From Streptosporangiaceae bacterium (GTDB lineage Bacteria; Actinomycetota; Actinomycetes; Streptosporangiales; Streptosporangiaceae), in contig JBOHCK010000001.1 of the NCBI GenBank assembly GCA_050698755.1, positions 140 through 64,139 of the forward strand: a stretch of DNA of 64,000 nucleotides, written 5' to 3'. Below are positions 8,392 through 16,666 of this stretch, piece after piece; positions within the stretch are counted from its first letter, which is position 1; every line of letters begins with the position of its first letter. A program made the position numbers and the translations under genes. The notes beneath the pieces were generated by a model that saw only the letters and a list, made by a program, of their open reading frames with translations, had not been told where the DNA came from and ran no database searches.

Positions 8392-10596
8392 GTGGTATTC
8401 GAGTTCAGCGCCGAGCAGCAGGCCCTCAGGGAGTCCGTGCGGGCCTTCGCTCGCGCGGTCTCACCCGAACCGGAGGTCCGCCGGGCGATGACCCTCCCGG
8501 ACGGCTACGACCGCGCGGTGTGGGCGCGGATGGCCGGCGAACTCGGTCTGCCGGGCCTTGCGGTGCCGGAGCGGTACGGCGGCGCGGGCGCCGGCCTCGT
8601 GGAGGCGGCCATCGTCTTGGAGGAGACCGGCCGGTTCCTGCTGCCCGGGCCGTTGCTCTCCACCCTGCTGGCGGCGGCCGCCATCGTCCGCGTGGCCGAT
8701 GAGAGCGTGGCAGGCTCGCTGCTGCCCGGCCTCTGCGCCGGTGACACGATCGCCACGCTGGCCGTGGCCGAGGCCGGGGGTAGCTGGGACACCGGCGGCG
8801 TCCGCTGCACGGCCACGCAGGTCGCGGGCGGCGGCTGGCGGCTGGACGGCCGCAAGCGCTACGTGCCCGACGCGTTGGCCGCAGGGCTCCTCGTGACGGC
8901 GGCCCGCACCGTCCCGGACGGGGCGGTGGCGCTGTTCGCGGTCGACCGGGGCGCAGACGGCGTGACGGTCGAGCCCCTGACGGCCTTCGACCTGACCCGC
9001 CGGCTGTGCGACGTCACCCTCGACGCGGCCGCCGCCGTCCCGCTGGCCGGCCCAGGGGTGCAGCCGGTGGAGGACGTGCTGGACCTGGTCCGCGTCCTGG
9101 TCGCCGCTGAGCAGGTCGGCACGGCTCAGGCCGCACTGGACCTGGCGGTCGGCTACGCCAGGGAGCGCGTCCAGTTCGGCCGGGCCATCGGCAGCTTCCA
9201 GGCCATCAAGCACATGTGCGCCGACGTGCTGCTCGACGTCGAGTCGGCCCGGTCGGCGGCCTACTTCGCGGCCTGGGCCGCAGACAGCGGTTCGGGCGAC
9301 CTGGCCGTCGCCGCGCCGCTGGCCCGGGCCTTCTGCTCCGACGCGGCACTGGCCGCGGCCGCGCTGAACATGCAGGTCCACGGCGGGCTCTGCTTCACCT
9401 GGGAGCACCCGGCGCACCTGTTCTTCCGCCGCGCGAAGGCCGGCACCCTGCTGTGGGGCGACGCTCAGCAGCACCGGGAACTGCTCGTTACCCGGCTCGG
9501 CGGCCGGCCGCGGGCCTGGGCCATCTGGGCCGCCCCCGCGCCCACGGCCGCGGCAGCTGCGATCGACCCGCAGGCGGGCGTGGCGATGAACCTGTACGCG
9601 AACGTGATCCTCGCCCACGGCACCGAAGACCAGAAGCGCAGCTTCGTCGAGCCGCTGGCCCTGGGCGAGCACCGCGGCTGCCTGCTCTACAGCGAGCCGG
9701 GCGCGGGCTCCGACCTGGCCGCGGTCCAGACCCGCGCCGACCGCGACGGCGACGACTGGGTGATCACCGGCCAGAAGGTGTGGACCTCGGGAGCCGCGCA
9801 GGCCACCCACGGGCTCTTGGTGGCGCGTTCGGACTGGGACGTCCCCAAGCACCAGGGGCTCACGTTCTTCTGGTTCCCCATGCGCCAGCCCAGTGTCGAG
9901 GTCCGGCCGATCAGGCAGGTGACCGGGGGAGCCGAGTTCAACGAGGTCTTCCTGGACGGCGCGCGGGTGCCCGACGCCAACCGCCTGGGCGAGCCGGGCG
10001 GCGGCTGGCGCGTCCTGCTGACCGCGCTGGGCTTCGAGCGCCTGCTCATGGGCGCCGACCTCCCCCTCGGCGCCGCCGGGGACGAGCGCGCCAGGACGCC
10101 CGCCGAGATCACCGCGGACCGCCAGTCCCCGTGGACCCGCCAGGTCGGCGGCGCTGATTACTTCGCGCTGGCCCGCATCACCGGCCGCGATACCGACCAG
10201 GTGATCCGCCAGGAGATCGCCCGGCTGTACACGCTCGAGCAGGTCAACGCCTGGAACGCGATGCGCGCTCGCCACGAATCCGGACCCGGCGCGGCCTCTC
10301 CGCTGGCCTCGCTGGGCAAGCTCGCCTTCTCGCGCATCGTGCACAGCGGCGTCGCGCTCACCACCCGCCTGCTGGGCGCCGAGGCCCTGCTCGACGGGGA
10401 CTCCTCGCCGGCCGCCGCCGAGGTGAACCGGTCGGCGTTCGCCGCCTTCGTGACCTCGGTCGGCGGCGGCACCGACCAGATCCAGCGGAACATCATCGGC
10501 GAGCGGCTCCTCGGACTGCCCAAGGAACCGGAGGCCGACCGAGACGTGCCGTTCCGCGACGTCCGCAAGGCCCCAGCCGTCCGGCGCCTGTCCTAG
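8392..10596 (+). CDS. two-module acyl-CoA dehydrogenase (complete ACAD fused to an N-terminally shortened ACAD)
   Basis: 734 aa. The first ~360 aa form a full ACAD (EFSAEQQALRESVRAF ... ERVQFGRAIGSFQAIKH). The second module starts just before HGTEDQKRSF and ends GGGTDQIQRNIIGERLLGLP. Confidence 0.75.
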   Translation: MVFEFSAEQQALRESVRAFARAVSPEPEVRRAMTLPDGYDRAVWARMAGELGLPGLAVPERYGGAGAGLVEAAIVLEETGRFLLPGPLLSTLLAAAAIVRVADESVAGSLLPGLCAGDTIATLAVAEAGGSWDTGGVRCTATQVAGGGWRLDGRKRYVPDALAAGLLVTAARTVPDGAVALFAVDRGADGVTVEPLTAFDLTRRLCDVTLDAAAAVPLAGPGVQPVEDVLDLVRVLVAAEQVGTAQAALDLAVGYARERVQFGRAIGSFQAIKHMCADVLLDVESARSAAYFAAWAADSGSGDLAVAAPLARAFCSDAALAAAALNMQVHGGLCFTWEHPAHLFFRRAKAGTLLWGDAQQHRELLVTRLGGRPRAWAIWAAPAPTAAAAAIDPQAGVAMNLYANVILAHGTEDQKRSFVEPLALGEHRGCLLYSEPGAGSDLAAVQTRADRDGDDWVITGQKVWTSGAAQATHGLLVARSDWDVPKHQGLTFFWFPMRQPSVEVRPIRQVTGGAEFNEVFLDGARVPDANRLGEPGGGWRVLLTALGFERLLMGADLPLGAAGDERARTPAEITADRQSPWTRQVGGADYFALARITGRDTDQVIRQEIARLYTLEQVNAWNAMRARHESGPGAASPLASLGKLAFSRIVHSGVALTTRLLGAEALLDGDSSPAAAEVNRSAFAAFVTSVGGGTDQIQRNIIGERLLGLPKEPEADRDVPFRDVRKAPAVRRLS

Positions 10597-10608
10597 GAGG
10601 GATCCGCC

Positions 10609-11715
10609 ATGCACACCGAAGTCTGCGACCGACTCGGGATCGAGTTCCCCATCTTCGCCTTCAGCCACTGCCGCGACGTCGTGGCGGCCGTCACCAACGC
10701 GGGCGGCCTCGGAGTGCTCGGCGCCGTCGCGCACACCCCGGAATCGCTCGACATCGACCTCACCTGGATCGACGAGCAGACCAGGGGCAAGCCCTACGGA
10801 GTGGACCTGCTGCTGCCAGTCAACTTCGCCGACACCCGTGCTCAGCAGGAAACCTTGTTCCCCGCCGCGCACGTCGCCTTCGTCGAGGATGTCCTCACCC
10901 GCTACGGCGTGCCCGAACTCCCCGAGCACCTCCGGGCCACGGCCGGCCCCCTGAGTGTCTCCCCGCAGGCCGCGGGCACCCTGCTCGACGTTGCGCTCGG
11001 CCATCCGATCGCTCTGTTCGCGAGCGCGCTGGGCCCGCCGCCCCCAGACCTGATCCGCCAGGTCAAGGACCGGAGCATCGTGGTCGCCGCGCTGGTCGGC
11101 ACGGCCGAGCACGCCCGCCGCCAGCAGGCCGCGGGGGTCGACCTCATCGTCGCCCAGGGCACCGAGGCGGGCGGGCACACCGGCACCATCTCGACGATGG
11201 TCCTCGTCCCCGAGGTGGTCAGGGCCGTCTCCCCGATCCCGGTCCTGGCCGCCGGGGGGATCGTAACCGGCGCCCAGGTGGCGGCGGCGCTGGCGCTGGG
11301 CGCCCAGGGAGTGTGGTGCGGTTCGGTCTGGCTGACCACCGAGGAAGCGGAAACCGACCCGACCGTACAGCGGAAGATGCTGGCCGCGACCTCAAGTGAC
11401 ACCATCCGCTCCCGGTCCCTGACCGGCAAGCCGGCCAGGATGCTGCGCAGCGCGTGGACCGACGAGTGGGACAGCCAGGCGGCGCCCGCACCGCTGCCTA
11501 TGCCGCTGCAGACCATGCTCACCGCGCCCGCCCAGCAGCGCATCAACCGCCACGCAGGCGCCGAGGGCAGCGGCGCCTACGAGCTGGCCACCTACTACGT
11601 CGGCCAGGGCGTGGGGCTGATGGACCGGATCAGGCCCGCCCGCCAGGTGGTGGAGCAGATGGTCACCGAGTACCTGGCCGTCGCCGAGCGCTTCGCCGCG
11701 CAACTGGAAAGTTGA
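10609..11715 (+). CDS. nitronate monooxygenase (NMO/2-nitropropane dioxygenase family)
   Basis: 368 aa. MHTEVCDRLGIEFPIFAFSH...AGGLGVLGA and QGTEAGGHTG are typical of FMN-dependent NMO. Confidence 0.85.
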   Translation: MHTEVCDRLGIEFPIFAFSHCRDVVAAVTNAGGLGVLGAVAHTPESLDIDLTWIDEQTRGKPYGVDLLLPVNFADTRAQQETLFPAAHVAFVEDVLTRYGVPELPEHLRATAGPLSVSPQAAGTLLDVALGHPIALFASALGPPPPDLIRQVKDRSIVVAALVGTAEHARRQQAAGVDLIVAQGTEAGGHTGTISTMVLVPEVVRAVSPIPVLAAGGIVTGAQVAAALALGAQGVWCGSVWLTTEEAETDPTVQRKMLAATSSDTIRSRSLTGKPARMLRSAWTDEWDSQAAPAPLPMPLQTMLTAPAQQRINRHAGAEGSGAYELATYYVGQGVGLMDRIRPARQVVEQMVTEYLAVAERFAAQLES

Positions 11716-11721
11716 CCCGGT

Positions 11722-14280
11722 TCACCGGTTGCGCCACCGCGGCGCGCGCTGCTCGCTGAGGGCCTTCATCCCCTCCGCCGCGTCGTCGGTCAGCATCGCC
11801 TGTTCGAGCGCGTCCCCGGTGCTGTTCACCGCCGCGACGGTATCGGCGATGCCCCGGGTGTCGGCCATGATCTGCAGCGCCGAGCGCACCGCGCTCGGGG
11901 ATCCGGCCAGGATCTCGCCGGCCAGTTCCCGCGCTCCGGCGAGCGCGGCGCCCGCCTCGGTGACCCGGTTGACCAGGCCCCACCGGTGCGCCTCGGCCGC
12001 GCCCATCCGCCGCCCGGTCACGATCAGCTCGGTCGCGATCTTCTCCGGTACCGCGCGCGGCAGCCGGACCAGCCCGCCGGCGCCCGGCACCTGGCCGGCC
12101 CGGACCTCGCCCAGCCTGAACGAGGCGGCGGCGTCGGCGACCACCAGGTGGCACGCGAGCGCGATCTCGCACCCGGCGCCTTCGGCCAGGCCGTTCACCG
12201 CGGCGATCACCGGTTTGGGCATCGATGCGCGGCTGGTCAGGCCGGCCTGCCCGTTCAGCGGCACCCAGGCCCGCTGTCCGGTGGCCGCGTAGGCCAGATC
12301 CTGGCCCGCGCAGAACGACTGCTCCCCGGCCCCGGTCAGCGTCGCGCCGGTCAGCGTCGCGCCGGTCAGCGTCGCGCCGGTCAGCGTCGCGCCGGTCAGC
12401 GTCGCACCGGTCAGCGTCGCGCCGGTCAGGACCGCGCCGGTCAGGATCGCGACCCACAGGTCGGGATCGGCGAAGTACGCGTCGAAGATCTCGTCGAGCT
12501 CGTCGTTGGCCGGCGGGTGCAGGGCGTTGCGCACCTCCGGGCGGCTGATCGTGACCTCGAGCAGGTGGCCGTCGCGGCCGACCGTGACGTGCTCGTACTC
12601 CTCGCGCAGCCCGGACCGGCGGGCGGGGAACAGGCTGTCCATCCGCGCCCGGGTGCGGGTGACGTGATTACCGGCGGCGAAGGCCCGCGCGTACACGGCG
12701 GCGCCGAACGGGTCGCCCTCGCCGAGCAGGTCGAGCAGCTCCTCATCGCCGGAGGGAACCGTGGCGACGAAACGCCGGCCACTGCCGTCCAGGTGGCCGC
12801 TGCCCAGGTGGCCGCTGCCCAGGTGGCCGCTGCCCAGGTGGCCGCTGCCCAGGTGGCCGCTGCCGTCCAGGCGGCCGATGACGATGCCGCGGCGGTGGCC
12901 GTCCCGGCCGTGCCTGACGGTGAACGTCTCGATGACCGCCGGCCCGCGCGGGCGGCGGTCGACCTCCACGCGCGGCCGCTCGTCCAGGCTCGCCTGCAGG
13001 GCACCGCTGCGCCCCGGCTGCCACGGCGTCGGCCGGGTGGTGTAGACGCCCGCCGAGTACTTGCCCATGATGCCGCCGTTGGCGCCGACGAAGCCGAAGC
13101 TCCCCGGAGCCTGCCGCGCCCGGTGCAGGGTCTCGACGATGGCGTGCATCGAGTAGTTGTTCCCCGCCCCGCCGAAGTACGGCAGGCCGCCCGTCAGCGT
13201 GAGCCCCCGCGGGTCATCCGCGGCCAGGCCGAACGCGTCGCAGATGTTGAACACCGGGATCGGGAAGCAGCTGTACAAGTCGATGGTGGCGACCTCGGCC
13301 ATGGTGATGCCCGCCAGCTCGAGCGCCAGCTCGCTGGCCCGGGCCGCCGCGGGGCTGCGAGACAGGTCGGGCCGGGTCAACAGCAGCTGCTCGCGCGCGT
13401 CCGCGTGCCCGGCCAGGAACACCCACCGTTCCTCGGGCACGCCGAGCCGCCGGGCGGCCGCGATCGAGGCGAGCACGACCGCCGCGCCCTGGTTGACCTG
13501 ATCGCGGGCCACCAGGTAGCGCGGATAAGGCTCGGCGATGAGGCGGTTAGCCTCGCTCAACGTCACCAGCTCGGCGGCGTCCCTCCTGACCGGCGAGGCG
13601 GCGAACGGGTTGGCCGCCGCGACCTCGGTGAACGGGGCGAACAAGGCGCCCATCCGGGCCGCGTACGCCTCCCGGCTCAGCCCCTCCCGGGCGCGCCGGG
13701 CGTTCTCGAGCAGCGCGTACTGGCTGGGCGCGTCGGTCAGCCCGTGCGCGGCCAGGTGCCGTGAGCCGAGCCCGGCTAGCCCGTAGCCCCGGTCCTCGAG
13801 GCTGCCGCCCACCGTCTCGGTGAAGTCGGGGCGGTCGGCGGCGCCGGCGAAGTGACGCGCGGTCGAGATCGCCTCGGACCCGACGATCAGCGCGACCTGC
13901 GTCTGGCCGGCCGCGATCGACCCGGCCAGCTCGGTGACCAGGTGCTGCGGAGCCTGGCCCCCGCTGACCTCCAGGATGGCCCGGCCGGGCCGGGCTCCGA
14001 TCCGGGCGGCGACGGCTCGCGGGTAGTTGTCGGCGCGGCCCAGGGGAGCCCGGGCGAACGGCGTGGTCGTCTCGAACTGCCGTACCCCGGCGATCGTGTC
14101 CACCGCGGCCGTCAAGGCGGCCAGGTCGGTGCCGCAGTCGGCCAGGGCCGCGTGCGCGGCCTTCGCCGCGAGCCCGACCGCGGACAGCCGCGCATAGTCG
14201 GCCGCGCCCAGCCGGTCGATGGTCTGGCCCCCGCCGATCAGGACGGGAGTCCGCGGGTCAAGCCCGGCCCAGTCGCTCAT
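11722..14280 (-). CDS. thiolase-fold domain fused to a crotonase/enoyl-CoA hydratase domain, with two internal pentapeptide repeat tracts
   Basis: 852 aa. The N-terminal ~440 aa is thiolase-like (DLYSCFPIP..., LTGGLPYFGGAGNNYS). The C-terminal ~300 aa is crotonase (ISRPEVRNAL, FCAGQDL, VNGLAEGAGCEIALACH). (GSGHL)x5 lies in the linker and (LTGAx)x8 in the hydratase domain. Confidence 0.75.
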   Translation of the reverse strand: MSDWAGLDPRTPVLIGGGQTIDRLGAADYARLSAVGLAAKAAHAALADCGTDLAALTAAVDTIAGVRQFETTTPFARAPLGRADNYPRAVAARIGARPGRAILEVSGGQAPQHLVTELAGSIAAGQTQVALIVGSEAISTARHFAGAADRPDFTETVGGSLEDRGYGLAGLGSRHLAAHGLTDAPSQYALLENARRAREGLSREAYAARMGALFAPFTEVAAANPFAASPVRRDAAELVTLSEANRLIAEPYPRYLVARDQVNQGAAVVLASIAAARRLGVPEERWVFLAGHADAREQLLLTRPDLSRSPAAARASELALELAGITMAEVATIDLYSCFPIPVFNICDAFGLAADDPRGLTLTGGLPYFGGAGNNYSMHAIVETLHRARQAPGSFGFVGANGGIMGKYSAGVYTTRPTPWQPGRSGALQASLDERPRVEVDRRPRGPAVIETFTVRHGRDGHRRGIVIGRLDGSGHLGSGHLGSGHLGSGHLGSGHLDGSGRRFVATVPSGDEELLDLLGEGDPFGAAVYARAFAAGNHVTRTRARMDSLFPARRSGLREEYEHVTVGRDGHLLEVTISRPEVRNALHPPANDELDEIFDAYFADPDLWVAILTGAVLTGATLTGATLTGATLTGATLTGATLTGATLTGAGEQSFCAGQDLAYAATGQRAWVPLNGQAGLTSRASMPKPVIAAVNGLAEGAGCEIALACHLVVADAAASFRLGEVRAGQVPGAGGLVRLPRAVPEKIATELIVTGRRMGAAEAHRWGLVNRVTEAGAALAGARELAGEILAGSPSAVRSALQIMADTRGIADTVAAVNSTGDALEQAMLTDDAAEGMKALSEQRAPRWRNR
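12332..12451 (-). repeat. 15-bp in-frame tandem repeat, about 8 copies (ccggtcagcgtcgcg)
   Basis: Six near-identical units plus two diverged units. Encodes LTGAV/LTGAT x8 ending in LTGAG. One unit carries a single G-to-A change. Confidence 0.95.
12789..12863 (-). repeat. 15-bp in-frame tandem repeat, 5 copies (ccaggtggccgctgc)
   Basis: Five perfect copies encoding (GSGHL)x5 between the thiolase-like and hydratase domains. Confidence 0.95.
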
Positions 14281-14441
14281 CCCTCACCTCACCGCCCGGC
14301 CGTCCGGGTCGCCCCTGTTGTAACCAGCCACTGCAGTAACTAGCCAATAGCCACTGCCGTTATTAATAGTGTCCGTCCCATGTAGAGACACATGTGTCCG
14401 GTGATCTGAGGTACGATGCGCCGCGTGAGGGGAACCGGCTG

Positions 14442-15245
14442 ATGTCCGACGGCGACTGGCGGACGACCTTCCGGCCCGACATCCCCAGCGCGGCGCGCGT
14501 GTACGACTACCTGCTGGGCGGCAAGGACAACTACCCGGCCGACCGGGCGGTCGCCGAGTCGATGATCGCCCAGTTGCCGAACGTCCGGCTTGCGGTCCAG
14601 TGGAACCGGGCCTTCCTGCACCGGTTGGTCCGCTATCTGGTCGGGGAGGTCGGCATCCGGCAGATCGTCGACATCGGTGCCGGGCTGCCCACCGTCGGCA
14701 ACACCCACGAGATCGCCCGGCTGGCCCACGCGGACACGAAGGTGGTCTACGTCGACCATGACCCAGTGGTCCTGGCGCACGCCAGGAACATGCTGCAGGG
14801 CATCGCCAACACGGCGATCATCGAGCAGGACCTGCTCGAGCCCGATGCGATCCTGGCCGACCCGGTGCTGCTGGACCAGATCGACTTCACCGAGCCCGTC
14901 GCGTTCCTGTACCTGTCGATCCTGCACTTCGTCTCCGACGAGGCCGACCCGGCCGGGATCATCGCCAGGCTCCTCGACCCGTTCCCCTCCGGGAGCTACG
15001 TCGCGATCTCGCACGCGACCCCCGATACCGTCCCCGAGGTCAACGACGTCGAGCGGGTCTTCGACGAGGCGACCGAGCAGGCCCACGTCCGCACCAGGGC
15101 CGGCGTCGCCAAGCTCGTCAGCGGGATGGATATCGTCGAGCCCGGCCTGGCCTGGCCACCCGAATGGCGGCCGGACCCGGGCGACGAGATCCCCGCCAAC
15201 GTCGCCGAATCGTATTACTGCGTGGTCGTCGCCAGGAAGCCGTGA
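14442..15245 (+). CDS. SAM-dependent methyltransferase (actinobacterial DUF574/Methyltransf_19 type)
   Basis: In-frame ATG at 14442. PSAARVYDYLLGGKDNYPADR and IRQIVDIGAGLPT are signature blocks of this family. Confidence 0.8.
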   Translation: MSDGDWRTTFRPDIPSAARVYDYLLGGKDNYPADRAVAESMIAQLPNVRLAVQWNRAFLHRLVRYLVGEVGIRQIVDIGAGLPTVGNTHEIARLAHADTKVVYVDHDPVVLAHARNMLQGIANTAIIEQDLLEPDAILADPVLLDQIDFTEPVAFLYLSILHFVSDEADPAGIIARLLDPFPSGSYVAISHATPDTVPEVNDVERVFDEATEQAHVRTRAGVAKLVSGMDIVEPGLAWPPEWRPDPGDEIPANVAESYYCVVVARKP

Positions 15246-15251
15246 CCGGGC

Positions 15252-16616
15252 CTAACCGTCCAGCTGGCCTTCGTCCCAGTAGCCGGGCACCCACCGCAGG
15301 ACCTCGGCCCGGAACTCGCCCTCGCACTCGAGCTGGCAGAGCACGCCGATGCCTGCCGTAGACACGCGGTGGATGAGCACGTAGGAGGGCGGCAGGTTGA
15401 ACTTGCGCGTGATGTTGCTCGCGCGCATGTCGGTGACCCGGGCGGCCTCCCCGCGCAGCCATTCGCGGTTGAACTTGAAGCAGTCGACCTTGGACGGCTC
15501 GGCCATCGGCGCGAGGAAGGCCTGCAGCACGTCCAGGTCCACGTCGATGCCGGGGCGCAGGAACCCGTTGGCGCGTAGTTCTCGCTCGACTGACTCGATG
15601 TCCGGGTCGTCCTCGTGCATGATCCGCAGCAGTCGGCCGAAGAACGGCGGCAGCCCGCCCGGCAGGTGATCGACCGCGCCGAAATCCAGCACACCTAGCC
15701 GGCCGTCCTCGAGCAGCCGGAAGTTACCTGGGTGCGGATCGGCGTGCAGCAGCCCGGCCCTGGCCGGCCCGGAGAACAGGAACCGGACGAGCAGGATACC
15801 GGCCCGGTCGCGCTCTTCCCTGGTGCCGTCGCTGATGATCGCCGACAGCGGCGTGCCGTCCATCCACTCGGTGACCAGGACGTGCTTGGTACCCGCCACG
15901 ACGTCGGGCACGTAGATGTCGGGGTCGTCCGCGTAGGCCACGGCGAAGGCGTGCTGCGAGGCCGCCTCGAGCTCGTAGTCGAGTTCCTCGGTCACCCGGT
16001 CGCGCAGCTCGTCGAGCAGGGGCTTGACCTCTAGCCCGGGCATCAGCATGCCGAACAGCCGGCCGGCCCGGCTGAGCTGGTTAAAGTCGCTGATCAGCGC
16101 GCGCCCTGCCCCCGGGTACTGGATCTTCACCGCGACCCGCCGGCCGTCGTGCCAGACCGCCTGGTGCACCTGGCCGATGGACGCCGCCGCCGCCGGCGAT
16201 TCGTTGAACTCGGCGAAGTTCTCCCGCCAGGCCTCGCCCAGGTCACCGACCAGGACCTGGCGCACGCTGCGGGCGGGCAGCGGCGGGGCGGATTCCTGCA
16301 GCTTGGTCAGCGTGGCGCGGTACGGCCCGGCGATCTCGGGCGGCAGCGCCGCCTCGAAGATCGACAGCGCCTGGCCCAGCTTCATGGCGCCGCCCTTGAG
16401 TTCGCCCAGGACGCGGAAGATCTGGTCGGCCGTGCGCTGCTGGATCTCCTGGGCGACGATCTCGGCCGGCCGCCCTCCGATCCGCTTGCCGACCCCGATC
16501 GCCGTGCGCCCCGCGAGCCCGATCGGCAGCCTGGCCAGCTTCGCGGCCCGGCCTACCGTGGTCCGTGGCACCTCACTCGCGCGGGCATTGTCCCGCGTCG
16601 CTGACGTCTCGTTCAT
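15252..16616 (-). CDS. ABC1/UbiB-family atypical protein kinase
   Basis: 454 aa. GGAMKLGQALS, ASIGQVHQAV, VAVKIQYPG and HADPHPGNF are ABC1/AarF kinase motifs. Confidence 0.85.
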   Translation of the reverse strand: MNETSATRDNARASEVPRTTVGRAAKLARLPIGLAGRTAIGVGKRIGGRPAEIVAQEIQQRTADQIFRVLGELKGGAMKLGQALSIFEAALPPEIAGPYRATLTKLQESAPPLPARSVRQVLVGDLGEAWRENFAEFNESPAAAASIGQVHQAVWHDGRRVAVKIQYPGAGRALISDFNQLSRAGRLFGMLMPGLEVKPLLDELRDRVTEELDYELEAASQHAFAVAYADDPDIYVPDVVAGTKHVLVTEWMDGTPLSAIISDGTREERDRAGILLVRFLFSGPARAGLLHADPHPGNFRLLEDGRLGVLDFGAVDHLPGGLPPFFGRLLRIMHEDDPDIESVERELRANGFLRPGIDVDLDVLQAFLAPMAEPSKVDCFKFNREWLRGEAARVTDMRASNITRKFNLPPSYVLIHRVSTAGIGVLCQLECEGEFRAEVLRWVPGYWDEGQLDG

Positions 16617-16666
16617 GGCCCCTCCTCGGACCCCGTGTCCCTAGAACACACGCTAACGAGCATCCG

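Noticed and set aside
8461-11178. 905-aa ORF on the minus strand
   Set aside because: It is antisense to the recognisable ACAD and NMO genes. The translation is Arg/Gly/Ala/Pro-rich with no motifs. It is a typical GC-driven shadow ORF.
12332-12863. Tandem repeats as a possible CRISPR array
   Set aside because: The units are 15 bp with no spacers, lie in frame inside a CDS, and no cas genes are present. They are minisatellites, not CRISPR. The same applies to 31591-31790 and 58554-58787.
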